Source: Eledone cirrhosa (taxonomy: Eukaryota). From it: a DNA stretch of 64,000 nt. Numbering within the stretch: position 1 is the stretch's first letter; each line of letters starts with the position of its first letter. The notes under the pieces were generated by a model. That model was not told the DNA's origin and did not search any database. It saw nothing but the letters and a program-made list of their open reading frames with translations. Of the stretch, positions 26,693 through 38,790 are shown one piece after another. The translations under genes and the position numbers were made by a program. The stretch is taken from NCBI GenBank assembly GCA_964016885.1, contig OZ024753.1, positions 5,208,001-5,272,000 of the forward strand. The letters run 5' to 3'.

Positions 26693-26920
26693 TAAGACAA
26701 GGCTTAGTGGTTAGAGAATTGGATTCGCAATTGTGAGTTCCATTCTCAGACTGGGCGATGTGTTATGTCCTTGAGCAAGACACTTTATTTCAGGTTGCTC
26801 CTTCTACCTTGATTTGTGACCGACAGATAGTATTAGCAATTGGAAAGACCAATGGAAACATTGTTTCCTCGGTCTGATTTGATGAGCTCCACCCCGATCA
26901 TTAAGTGAAACTAAAAGAAT
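26693..26920 (+). mobile_element. Group-A SINE with tail A2
   Basis: ggcttagtggttagag head, CORE-like domain, tail cttctaccttgatttg...aagaccaatggaa. Confidence 0.8.
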
Positions 26921-27991
26921 TGTGGTTTCCTTATATGTTTATAATTTAACTTCTTAACAAAACAATTTTATCTTCTAGTATATCCTTCAGTAGGGGCTGG
27001 TTCTTCTTCTCTTGTAAATACAAGAATATGAAGGGTCTGTTTCAATGTTACTGGTTTTACCCCATCTACTACTTTCAGTAGTGACCAACAACAGTTTTGA
27101 TTTCTTCTCATCATAATACATGAAACTTTAAAATGTTGTCAAAAGGATTATAATAAAGAATTATTTTTAAAAATGCAAAGAAAATAGTGATGAGAAAATG
27201 ATGAGAAAATCATTAAATAAAATTTGTAAATGTAAATTCATTTTTATACAATAATAGAGTTGTGAATTCTAATATTTCCTTCAAGACTCTTCTTCTGAGA
27301 GAAAAAAAAACCTGGCCTGAATTCACAATGCCACCATGGCATACACACTTATTCATATTTACCTTAAAAAGAAAAATTTCCCCTTCTATACAAACATTTT
27401 TGGACACTACTCCAAACTTGATTCCACCCATCATTTCCTGCGAATATAAAAGCCACACATATATTCCCACAGCCCTCTTATTCTATCTTTGGTTTGATCC
27501 ATCACTTCTGTCCCAATTAAACCCTCTTTACTACTTTCTCCTCCAAAAGGTAGTCTGTATTTACATAAAAATCACTCTCTTCATCACATCCACTTAGCAA
27601 CAAAAACCTACAATTTCTTTGACTAAAAAAAATCTTTCTTTTCAATATTTTTATAATTAAATATTAGAAAATATATAGTAATGTAAATACTAAAGGGTCA
27701 TACTTGCTTCAATGTGAATGGGAAACAAACCTTCACTATCATTGCCATGGCCAAGATAAAGTGAAAAAGAGAACTTTGGGGATTTTATGTTTTGGGGTTG
27801 TTTTTTTTACTTTCACAGTTTATATTTAAATGAAGACATTTGATTGATAAGAATAAAATAAGAATTTATAGCATTTCCTAATACTAAGTTGTATAAATGA
27901 AAAAAAATGGTGGCTGACAAAATATTTTCAGTTCTTATTTATTTAATCTCATCAAATAAATATACAATACTTAGAATCTCTATCACTGAAT

Positions 27992-28180
27992 TATATATAA
28001 ATGTTCTCTATAGCTGTAATATATATATATATATAGTCCAGCCTATATAAATGTTGTCTATAGTTGAAATATTTATATAGTCCCCATTATATAAATGTTC
28101 TCTGTAGTTGGTTATATATAAAGTCCAGTCTATATAAATGTTCTCTATAGTTGGTGATGAAAGTCCAGTCTGTATAAATA
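27992..28180. repeat. Degenerate minisatellite, about 45 bp, 4 copies
   Basis: tatataaatgttctctatagttg...agtccagtc repeated. Confidence 0.8.
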
Positions 28181-28944
28181 TACAATATTTAGAATCACAA
28201 CTACTGGTGTATAAAGGCCATGTTGCATTAATAAATATGGAAAGGGTTTTTTTTTAATGAACTTGTTTAGTATTTATAGAACAAGCCGCTTTCTACTCTG
28301 AACCCCCCCTGCTACACTTTGAAGTAACAGTCAATAAAATAAGCCCTGATTATTTCTGTGTCTTTCATTCAAGTTCAAAATAGTCTTTTTGTATTGCAGT
28401 ATATCCAAATGTTCAGGATTTTTCTAATCACCTCTTAAAATTTGTTGTGAAACAATTCTCAATTAATATTTATGTTTCTTATCCTAATAGTCACTTCATA
28501 GAATAAACTAGAAACACATTTTGTCATCTCTTTGAAATATTAGTTTTCTGGTGTTTTTTTTTGTTTTTTTGGCATAGTTTAAGAATATGATTGTTGTAGT
28601 GTTGATTACTATATTCTGTATATTAATATTCTTTAAATAATTTCTTATTAAATTCTTTATATTAACTAATAAAAAATAATTAAAGTAATTAACTTGTTAT
28701 TCAGTCATACCATTAGAATAGACATAAGATTGTGCTACATAACTATTATTCAGAATAAATGTTTAGCTTGAGATGACTGACTGTAACTTACACTGTGTCA
28801 CTACCAAATCAATATTCACATGTAAAGAGTTCCCTTATCCCTTTAGCATTTACATTACTCTATATTTACTATTATATTTTCATTTTTTAGTAATATTTCA
28901 ATAAAGTACATTTGTATTCATAAGATAAACATTAGTAATAGTGT

Positions 28945-29142
28945 TTAACCAGTTAGCATTCACATTAATCTATATTTACTATTGTATTTTCACAGTAATG
29001 GCTTTATCTTACACAATTACCTCATATAATATCAAATTTATGAGATTTTGATATTATTTATTTTGAGAACAATACCTTAACATCAGTATGAGTGGCCAGT
29101 TACAGAGAATTGTGACCAGATATGGGTGGTTTAAATGCTAAA
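28945..29142. mobile_element. TTAA MITE family 1 (with a terminal fragment at 28835-28884)
   Basis: Match to 40875-41103. Confidence 0.85.
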
Positions 29143-29453
29143 TTGCACTTTGTGAAATATGTTTATTGGAATAATTATTCATTTTATTGGATTTAAGAAG
29201 GTAAACAAACTCTACAGCATAAAGTACCGGGGGAAATTAAAAATTTGAAAGTATGAAAGTCTCAAACATAGAAATGACCGTAAAAACAGTCATTCACTAT
29301 AAATAATAGTTGAGAAAATCAAGTAAACAGTTTGTATGAGTGTTCATATATCCAGTAATCCAGGTTTATATGGAAGACCAATCCTAGGCTACAGAAATTA
29401 AATACATCTATCACTATTGCTATCATTATTGATGGCACTGGTCCTTTATTCCT

Positions 29454-29681
29454 TTAATCCTTTAGCATTTTAACTGACCGTATCCAGACAGAAAATTCTC
29501 TCATTTCTTTCTGTTGAAACCGGCTGTCACTGGTTGCTCATACAACATTAAGATATTGTTTTCAAAATAAATGATATCAAAATCTCATAGATTTGATATT
29601 GTGAGATAATTATGTGAAATAAAACCTTTACTGCGAAAATACAATAGTATATATAGAGTAATGTAAATGCTAAAGGGTTAA
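29454..29681. mobile_element. TTAA MITE family 1 nested in the Gypsy integrase
   Basis: TTAA both ends, full length. Confidence 0.9.
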
Positions 29682-30242
29682 GAATTTCCAGCTCTATCTA
29701 ATGGCTATAGTAGTCAACACCACATAATATATTCTCTCCATTCCCCAATGGCCCAAGTATATCAATACCTAAATGAGACAGTGGTTGGTGTAACGACAGG
29801 TTCATAAGTATTTTGACAATGTAACTGTAATGCATCATTTACATATTTTTATGAGGTTGTCATAATTTTTATCAACTCCAGGCAACCACACCTTGGTTTG
29901 CAACTTTTGCTTTGTCTTCACAATTCCTTGATCTGTTACATGTGCCAAATAGAATTAGTTCCCCAAGGCAATTTAAGTTCATCCTTGACTGCACCATATT
30001 CAACTGGCACCAAAGACCAATCATCTTGGTGAATAGTGTTTTGTAAAACAAGCATATCAGTATCATTACAACACTCTTGTTCAATGTCTCGAATATCAAG
30101 AGAACATGGTGTGCAATTTTCAGCAATGAAATATATATATATATTCTTTAGGATTGTGACTTACAATCTCATTTTGAATTGTCAGCCCTAACAACGAGTC
30201 TTGCTACATTATATTTGTCCTTTATTTGACAATTTTTAAACT

Positions 30243-30443
30243 TAATGTATACACTTGAATATAAGCCAACTCCACTATTTTATGTCTGAGAAATGGGCAA
30301 AAATCCAAACCTTATTTATGTAGAATTTGATGTTGGTGAAAATTGAGAAAATATTAACTCTGAATATAAGCTAACCCCTCGCTTCTACCATTGATTTTTT
30401 TTGGGTCAAATATTCTTCAGCTTATGTTTGAGTACATACAGTA
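30243..30443. mobile_element. pogo/Tc1-mariner-type MITE nested in the Gypsy RNase H region
   Basis: Degenerate TIRs tgtatacacttgaatataagc / gcttatgtttgagtacataca, TA-flanked; Gypsy reading resumes on both sides. Confidence 0.7.
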
Positions 30444-32574
30444 TATGGCTTCAGTCAAAGTTTCCATCTCTCGGTATTGGATGATGGTTTTGAATGTGAA
30501 GTGTGAATGAAAAGAAGTAGTTTATGACTGATTCTTAATTCAAAATCCATACCATAAATATATTTATGGGAGCGGTTACAGACCCACACTACTAAATCTT
30601 CTAATATATTTATGGAAGTGTTTACAAGCTCACACTGCTACTAAAGCTTCTAATATATTTGTGAATACCATTGTTCAACAGAGATGAAGTAGTAACTTGT
30701 ATAACAAACAACTCTTTCAACACTTCCATCTTCATCTTTTTTTTTTATAAGAACAGATCCTAATCCTGCAGGACTAACATTAACAACAACAGCTGTATGT
30801 AGTTACACATTTAAAATGGTATATATTTCTTGATCAGGCTATTTGATTATTCTAAACTTTACAAGTCTTTTCTTCCTTAACTTCTCACTTGAATCTAGCA
30901 CCACTCTTAACTAATTCTTGGAGATGTCTTGAAGAGTGTTTTATCGATCTTTCAAAAAAATTGACTAAACCTAGAAAACTTTTGGCTTCATTTGCACATG
31001 CTGGAGATTTCATATTTTTCTCTGCTTTCATTACTTCAGTTAAACTTTACATTTTTTTTTCTATTTTAGAACAATTGAAATTAAGCTATAATGAGAGATC
31101 TCTTCTGTATAAGATCTCATTTTGATCACTATAAAATAGCAGTGTGTTTTGGAACAGTTGTTTGTGACATAGACTACTAGAAACAGGAAACCTCTACTGA
31201 ATTTGAAAGCCAAACTGGGTGTGAGTAGTTGTTTGGTGATGTCCTTCAAACTAACAATAAGCTAGTATATCAAATTATGACCTCTGCCTCAGTTGCTTTC
31301 AAACCACTTCACCTTTTAGATATAATGAATTCAGATATGGAATAAAATAGACTGTGATTGAGTTTGATCAGTATTTTAACAAGTTGGGTGCAACTTTAGT
31401 TTCAGGTGTAAAGCTAAATATGTATTTTAACCAAGAAACTACTTACTGTACTCACTTGGACAGAGAATGTATACTTCCATTCAATTTAAAGAGGTCAAGG
31501 ATGACTTTAGACCAACTGCACTGGCTGTTGCCACAATTAAGAAGATATGTTTTTTGTTTTATCTCTTTTACTGTTTTAGTTAAGGTGGAAATGGTTATGC
31601 TCGTGACCCTTTTCATGACCTCTGAAACTGGTGAAAAGGGAGGGAGGAAGGTATCTTCTAATGCAAGACTTGGTCCAAATACTGGCAGCAGTGAATTCCA
31701 CAAATGGCACCCAAGAGCCACAACATGTGTTAAGCCAGGCAACAGCTTTAAGTTTACAAACCTCTATTATGAATTACACTATGTTAATGCTACTGCCAAC
31801 AACTAGATGCATATAATTTAGAAGAAAAAAAATTATTTTTATTGTTATACTTTAGGAGAGTCATGCAGCCAATAAAAACACATGCACCTGTTGGTTTTCA
31901 CTTCAATTTATTATAAATTTCCAGTTGGTTGCTTCAGTAACTGGATGGTTTATATATTCTCGAAGCTCTTTTGTCACACATTCTGTGACCTCTTCAGTGA
32001 CTGATTTCTTATTTTGTGTTTCTCCTTTGTTCTTTCCTTCATCATATTGTTTATATTATTAAATATAAATGTTTCTATTATGAATTTTCCTTCCATATAA
32101 AATGCTCTTTTTTTTTGTAATCTTTTCATTTTCTCCTTGCCAGTTTTCTTTTTCTTTGGGGAGAGGGGTTGTTGGTGGCAGTGCGATGGTATTTTAGCTA
32201 CCCTTAGGGTGCAGATAGTCTAATAATTACACATCCATTTCACTTGTTTTATATAAATAATGTATATGACTGTGTTGGTAGTGTAGTTTTTAGCTGAGCA
32301 GACATTGCAGCTGCTGAATCATTGTTTTGCTGCATAGATTCCAGCCTTAGATATCCCACATAGCTTTAAATTCAATTAAACACTATTATTAATGTTTATC
32401 TTATTATGAATACAAATGTACTTTATTGAAATATTACTAAGAAATGCTACATTTATCATTCAACTATTATATTATTCCTCTAAGTTAGAATTACCTTGAA
32501 ATTCAAGTTAAAATCTTCAGGTCCAGTGTATATTATGAAGTGGTGAATACTTTTAACCATCTCATTGTTGTTGT

Positions 32575-32920
32575 TTTTCTTCTTCTTTACCCACTTATTC
32601 CTGATAGGGTCGTGGGGCAGAGTCCACAAACACTCCATCCAGCGAGCCCTGTCAGAAGCAACCATCTCCAAATGATCCGGCTGGATCCCCAAGTGAGACC
32701 AACCAAGCTCATGGATGTTATCCAACCATTTTGCTTGAGGTGTACCCCTAGGTCTCCTACCTGTTAGTTTCACCCATAAAATCTGTCCAGCGATTCTTTC
32801 TTGAGACATTCTAACCACATGCCCATAGTATTGGAGGTGAGATCTCTCAATTCGGAGAAATAGCATCTCTACCTGGAGTAACTCTTTGATCTCCAAGCTA
32901 TGCAATTTATCGAGTAACTA
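32575..32920 (-). mobile_element. Rex3/Expander-like RTE LINE 3' end
   Basis: ORF 32480-32905: LRIERSHLQYYGHVVRMSQERIA...TGRRPRG...WLDNIHELGWSHLGI; (GAA)-rich tail. Confidence 0.9.
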
Positions 32921-33168
32921 TTTCATTGTTGATAATTAAATTTAAGCTTTTCCCACATAATATGTAAATCTTTCAACAACAGTACAACTCAATATTTCTA
33001 CCCCAATGATGCATGTTCGTTGATTATGTAGTTTATTAAATCGTATTTATATGTCGTATTTATATATAATGGTAGATTCCTGAGTGGTGATGTGTGTGTG
33101 AGGGGGTGGGTAACCATGGTGAGAAAAGGTACTCAATACGGTAGTAGATTATAGGCATATTTATTTTA

Positions 33169-33286
33169 TATAGAAATGACTTCTTCAGGACCAGAACTAT
33201 TTCATTCCTATGAAATCATCAGAACATTCCTGGTGATTTCATTCGAATGTGAAACTGTTTTAGTCCTGTAGAAGTCATTTCTCTAT
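33169..33286. repeat. Imperfect palindrome, about 55-bp arms
   Basis: agaaatgacttcttcaggacc...gaaatcatcagaa versus tcctggtgatttc...gtcctgtagaagtcatttct. Confidence 0.85.
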
Positions 33287-33770
33287 ATACAAAGATATGT
33301 ATATATATATATATATATATATATCATTATCATCGTTTAACGTCCATTTTCTATGCTAACATGGGTTAGATGTGGTGTCCCCTTGTGAGACAGCTAGGTC
33401 AGAGGACCGTGTTTTGCTCACATACAATATGTGTGTGTGTGTGTGTTTAAGAGAATGTCACATGCATAAATTTCTACTAGCATTCGACTGGAATATCACT
33501 GAAGGATTGACATCCAATTTTCCAAATTATCTCTCTCCTTGACATCTCCAAAATTGGAACAACCAAACAGCAGCTATTGTCTAATGTGACAAAATGATTA
33601 TCACAACTATTTGCTGGAAACTCTAGTCTCTCTCTCTCTTTCTCTCTCTCTACAAGTTTACTGGATCATTGACTGTACAAGGTACAATATGTTGTTGTTT
33701 AGTTCTATATCATACCTAGTTGTACAAACTCATGATTAAAAACATTCTATATTTACAGACTTTAGCTGTC

Positions 33771-33982
33771 TTAACCCTTTAGCATTTACTTTACTCTATA
33801 TATAGTGTTGTATTTTCATGGTAAAGGCTTTACCTCACAATATAGAATCTACGAGATTTTGATATTATTTGTTTTGAGAACAATACCTTATCATCAGTAT
33901 GAGTGGCCAGTTACAGCTGGTTTGAACAGAAAGTGGTGAGAATTCTGGCTGGATATGGCCAGTTTAGATGCTAAAGGGTTAA
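33771..33982. mobile_element. TTAA MITE family 1
   Basis: ttaaccctttagcat...atgctaaagggttaa. Confidence 0.9.
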
Positions 33983-34383
33983 CCTTGCTCGAACATATAC
34001 GTATGCTCACTTCAGTGAGTTATCTGAAAGTTTTCTATAAGAATTCCTTAAGAAGCTCTTTTAAAAAAACATTCTGTATTTAGTGTCTTGTCTTATGTAT
34101 TTGATGAGATGTGAATAGAGATAAAGTAGAGAGAGAGAGTGTGTGTGTGTTTCAGAAGAAAGATTTATTAAAATATCTAAATCTTTACTAGAAATAAAAA
34201 CGTAGAGGAAAACAAACTTTCGTATGGCATGTCATAATTTAGTTCAAGAACTCTTGTACATGGAGCTATTTACTAAATGTGCAAGCAGATTTCATTGGCT
34301 GACTATTACAGGGAAGTAATAGATGTATCATATATGATATGTGGTACGTTGATAAGTAAACACACTTGTCTTTACTTTATCAG

Positions 34384-34447
34384 ATGATATCAAGGAATAA
34401 ATTCTGTTTGCTGTATGAATAGCATTGGAAATATTATTTGTAAGAAG
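34384..34447 (+). other. Candidate 64-nt exon (5' UTR or first-coding)
   Basis: Acceptor ttgtctttactttatcag, donor aag|gtatgt; stops in all three frames, internal ATG at 34415 gives MNSIGNIICKK. Confidence 0.3.
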
Positions 34448-34622
34448 GTATGTTGTTGGTTGAGATTTTGTCAATGCCACCTTTGTCTGTTTTCTTATCT
34501 TTCTTGCTAGTATCTTATAGCAGATCGTGTTTGGAATCTGACAAAAGTTCTTCTTGTGGAATTTCTCAGAAATTACTATGTACTCTGACCACCTGGTAAA
34601 TCAACAGTGCTGTGTATATGTA

Positions 34623-34923
34623 GTCAGTAAACTAACTTGGGTGGAAACTACCATCATTGTAAGAAGAGGTCAGTAAACTGACTTGGGTGGAAACTACCAT
34701 CACTACAAGAAGAGATCAGTAAACTAACGTGGGTAGAAACTACCTCCATTGCTAGAAGAGGTCAGTACACTAACTTGGGTGGAAACTACCACCATTGTAA
34801 GAAGAGGTTAGTAAACTAACTTGGGTGGAAACTACCATCACTGTAAGAAGAGGTCAGTAAACTAACTTGGGTGGAAACTACCACCATTGTAAGAAGAGGT
34901 CAGTTAACTAACTTGGGTGGAAA
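34623..34923. repeat. 46-bp minisatellite, about 6.5 copies
   Basis: Unit gtcagtaaactaacttgggtggaaactaccatcattgtaagaagag. Confidence 0.95.
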
Positions 34924-35206
34924 CACTCCTTCAATCATTATCTAGTTAACTTTGCCTTTCATCCTTACGGGGTCGATAAAATAAAGTACCAGTAATGCAC
35001 TGGGATAATTGCTGGCCTTGTGTCAAAAGTAGAAACATTTATCTAGTTCTTTCTCTCTTTCTGTCTCTCTCTATCTCACACACACACATACACACACTCA
35101 CTTTCATAGACATACTTTTTATTATACATATTTATCTTTCTCATATACATACACATCTCTATGTTTTACACACACACACACTCATTCTCATTATTTTTAT
35201 ACACAT

Positions 35207-35403
35207 TGGTGGAATGGCAGTATCAGTAGAGCTTTGGACACTATACTTTTCAGCATAGAGTTACGGCCTTTTACTTTCCAGGTTCAAATCAAACTAAGGT
35301 TAGCTTTGCCTTTCATCCTTACGGGGTCAATAAAATAAAGCACTAGTAATGGTGCTTCATTTTATGGGATAATTGCTGGCCTTGTGCCAAAAATAGAAAC
35401 AGC
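35207..35403 (+). mobile_element. Group-B SINE (B1); a further 3' half lies at 34945-35040
   Basis: Head, central domain and B1 tail. Confidence 0.85.
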
Positions 35404-35699
35404 TATTCTTTATACACATTTCTGATTATCATATTCGCTCCCCTCCACCTCACATTCACTCCTTCATCCACACACACATTCACTTCTCATCATTCCATTA
35501 CAAATTATATGTAGATTATTACTAATACGTTTTTACAAGAATATTTTTTCCCAATCATTTCCTCAATTTGATGACTATTTCAGATGACTTTACAGTTATT
35601 ATCACCACCATCAATTCTATGTTAGATAACGCCATTAAACCTATCTCAAATGAATTTCTTTCTCTTTAATGAAAAGCATATTTCTCTCTTAAATAATTA

Positions 35700-35917
35700 A
35701 TGATTTCTACTATAGGCACAAGGCCAGCAATTTAGAAAGAGGGAAAAGTCAATTAAGTCGATCTCAGTGCATTACTGGTGCTTTATTTTATCGACCCCGT
35801 AAGGATGAAAGGCAAAGTTAACCTCGGTGAGATTTGAACTCAGACCAGAAAGGGCCATAACTCTATGCAGAAAAGTATAGTGTCCGACACTCTACCGATA
35901 CCACCAATTCACCGCCC
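35700..35917 (-). mobile_element. Group-B SINE (B1)
   Basis: Full-length reverse complement; ttaaataat on both flanks. Confidence 0.9.
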
Positions 35918-36589
35918 TCTTTTAAATAATCAATAAGCAGTAATTTCGTTTTTATAGAATTCATTTAAGACTTTTACTTAATCTAACTCTATCTTTTATT
36001 TCTTATCATATTTTATTGTTTTGGGCCTTGGTTTATTTTCTTGCCATTTCTTTTCCTTTTTTTCTTTTTTTTCTTTTTTTGCTCTATTTGCTTCAATTAG
36101 ATTTTGAAAAGAAACTGTTTTGAGAAGATGTGATAACTTTTTTTGTGGACAATTTTAATGATGATAATCCTTGCACTGTTTTGTTTGATAAGATAAACCT
36201 TCTCTAATCAGAAGTGAATTTTGTTTTATTTGATTCTATTATTTTATTATTTACATCTGTTTCGACACAAAGACACTGAAGAAAAGCTGAGCTAATTTGA
36301 AACTTTCCTCGTATATTTATATCTTTATATTTGATATCTTTATATCTATATCTTTATATTTTATATATTTATATTTTTATCTTTATATTTTATATATTTA
36401 TATTTTTTTTTTATTTGGGAAATATCTTATTTATTTACTACTTATTATTATTACTACTACTATTACTACTACTACTACTGTTAAGGATGTTGTCACAGTC
36501 TTATAACTTATATTTCTGTCAAATAAAATATGAGAGTTACAAACAGTTGGTTGATAGTTAAACTGTTTGAAAGGTCAGCAGCTTGTGAC

Positions 36590-36717
36590 CAATGCTACAT
36601 GGCAATGTGAAATAAAGTGTCTTTCTCAAAGACAACATATTGCTCAATCCGGGAATCGAACTCACAACCTCACAATTGTAAATTCAATTCTCTAACCACT
36701 CAGCCATATGCCTTCAC
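36590..36717 (-). mobile_element. Group-A SINE head + CORE-like domain
   Basis: Reverse complement of 24486-24610. Confidence 0.8.
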
Positions 36718-37124
36718 CAGTCTACCTAGCTGTAAAAGAGATAACAGTCAAATAGACTCAACTATTTTAGTAACTGGTACACTGTTTTTCTTATGAATTG
36801 TCATGTTAGTGTGCAGGGCTGAAAAAAACCTTCATGTTTCTGATAAAGGAACAGTCTACCTAGCCCCTGATTTAGGAGATCAGCAATGTATTCTCTCCAC
36901 CTTACAAGGATGCACTTCTCTTCTGAGAGAAGAATTTCAGATGAGTTCCTGATAACGGACTTGGAAGGGGACTTCATATTACAAAGTTATCAGATGGTTT
37001 GCTGATTTAAAGTTGAATTCCAGTTTAACCCTAAAGTCCTCCCATGTCTTAAACCTTGGATGCCTTTATTCTCTCTACTGAGAGAATTATTATTATTATT
37101 AATTAATAATGATAATGGTTTCTG

Positions 37125-37395
37125 ATTTAGCCCCAAATAATAATGTCTGACACTGTACAGATACTGCCAATTCACCACCCTTACAATGCTTTCTGATTTA
37201 GGCACAAGGTCGACAATTTTTCTGGGGAAGGGAAGGTCAATAGAATCAACCCCCATTGCATTACTAGTACTTTATTTATTGACCTCGTAAGAATGCAAGT
37301 CAAAGCTAACCTCAGTGGGATTTGAACTTAGAACATAAAGGGACATAACTACATGCTGCAGAGCATGGTGTCTGACACTCTACCAATGCACCAGT
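37125..37395 (-). mobile_element. Tandem group-B SINEs (one full B1 plus a head fragment)
   Basis: B1 at 37189-37395 followed on the minus strand by a second ggtggtgaattggcag head. Confidence 0.8.
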
Positions 37396-37708
37396 TATGT
37401 CTGACAATCTAGTTATTTTCCATGCCTGCCAAAACAAAGAATGTAAACTAATGATACATAGATAAAATGACTTTCTTCTTGTCTAATGACATTGATGATA
37501 TATTTAGAAACTGATGCTTTTCACTGTTCAAAATGTTTTCAATTCATTATTCTCCCCATCTTCTGCAAGAGAATGTTCATGAGATGCTTTCATCACATTC
37601 TTAACATTTATTCTTGGAAATATTTCATATTTGTTCTACAGATAAAATATCTGAAATCTTTCACAACAAAAAGGTGGCAATGTCTCTTTTATTTTGAAAA
37701 GTAATCAA

Positions 37709-37923
37709 TTAACCCTTTAGCATTTACATTACTCTATATATACTATTGCATTTTTGTGGCAAAGGCTTTATCTTACATAATATCGAATCTACGAGATTTT
37801 GATGTTATTTTTTTAAGAACAATACGTTAACATCAGTATGAGCAGCCAGTTATGGCCAGTTTGAAGAGAAAGAGATAAGAGAATTCTGGCTGGATATGGC
37901 TGGTTTAAATGCTAAAATGTTAA
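37709..37923. mobile_element. TTAA MITE family 1
   Basis: TTAA-bounded, colinear with 40875-41103. Confidence 0.9.
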
Positions 37924-38029
37924 GTGTAGAGTTTTGAAGTAAATTATACCAATATCTCCCAGTTGGTATCGTGTAAAACATTCACTTGTTTCATTCTTTA
38001 ATTAGCAGAATAAGCTTGATACAATATAC

Positions 38030-38175
38030 CTCATCACTACCACTATCACCACCACAACTACCACCCCTATCATCACCACCACCACCACCACTATTACCAT
38101 CACACCACTATCTCCATCACAACCACCACCACCACCACCACCATTACCACCACCACCATCATCATCATCATCATC
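38030..38175. repeat. (CCA)n/(CAT)n compound microsatellite
   Basis: Direct inspection. Confidence 0.9.
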
Positions 38176-38249
38176 TTGTATTATTTTGCTTTATGTGGAG
38201 AGTTGCAGCTGCTGATTATACATACATACATGATGATTATGATGATGGG

Positions 38250-38790
38250 TGCAACTCAATTTTGAGTAATGCAATCACTTGATATTTAAGCATGAGCATC
38301 ATGGATGTGGCTTTTTAGTCCTGCTAAGGACTTGCCAATGGCTAGCAATACCATGCATCTAAAAAAATGTCACATATCAAGCAATACCTGTTCTTGAAGC
38401 TTTTTTAAGTGAGGAAAGGCTTTGCACGGCATCAATCCCACACTCTGAAGATCAAATGCATTCGCCCAAAAAGAAGAACTGCTGTACATCATTAGCTGCA
38501 AACAAAGTCGCAGGTTTTATATCAAAGACACCTTCTCCTAGAGAGATGTCTTAATAAAGAGTTTCTCGCTACACAAAAAAAAAAACTTTATTGGATGGCT
38601 GTTGACTCACCTGAGTTCCTCTGCCCTTTGACGTGTTTTGATTTTCATCCTGCAAGGTGTCCAAAATTACCTTCCTCACCAAGAAAGTTTGGGGGGGGGG
38701 GGGGGGGGTTTAGTTGCTAACGACCCAACCATGCACAGGCTGTACTGGATTACATGTTACTAGTAGCGCTGAAAAACGACCTGACAACAC
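38250..38790 (-). mobile_element. RTE/BovB-type LINE-derived remnant
   Basis: Minus-strand KSLAGLKSHIHDAH resembles the terminal zinc finger of RTE ORF2; GC-richer segment at 38490-38790 resembles an RTE 5' UTR. Confidence 0.5.

Larger units (their letters stand above)
29330..31810 (-). pseudogene. Fossil Ty3/Gypsy pol (RT-RNase H-integrase)
   Basis: Minus-strand patches in Gypsy order: EAKSFLGLVNF; VVVNVSPAGLGSVL...VEQWYSQ; KPSSNTERWKL*LKPY; LAHVTDQGIVKTKQKLQTKVWLPGVDK..C..C; IDILGPLGNGENILCGVDYYS. No LTRs found. Confidence 0.85.

Noticed and set aside
36276-36310. Hammerhead motif CTGAAGA...GAAAC
   Set aside because: No stem I or stem III pairing; probably chance
37986-38282. Pro/His-rich ORF
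   Set aside because: (CCA)n/(CAT)n microsatellite with no splice or homology support
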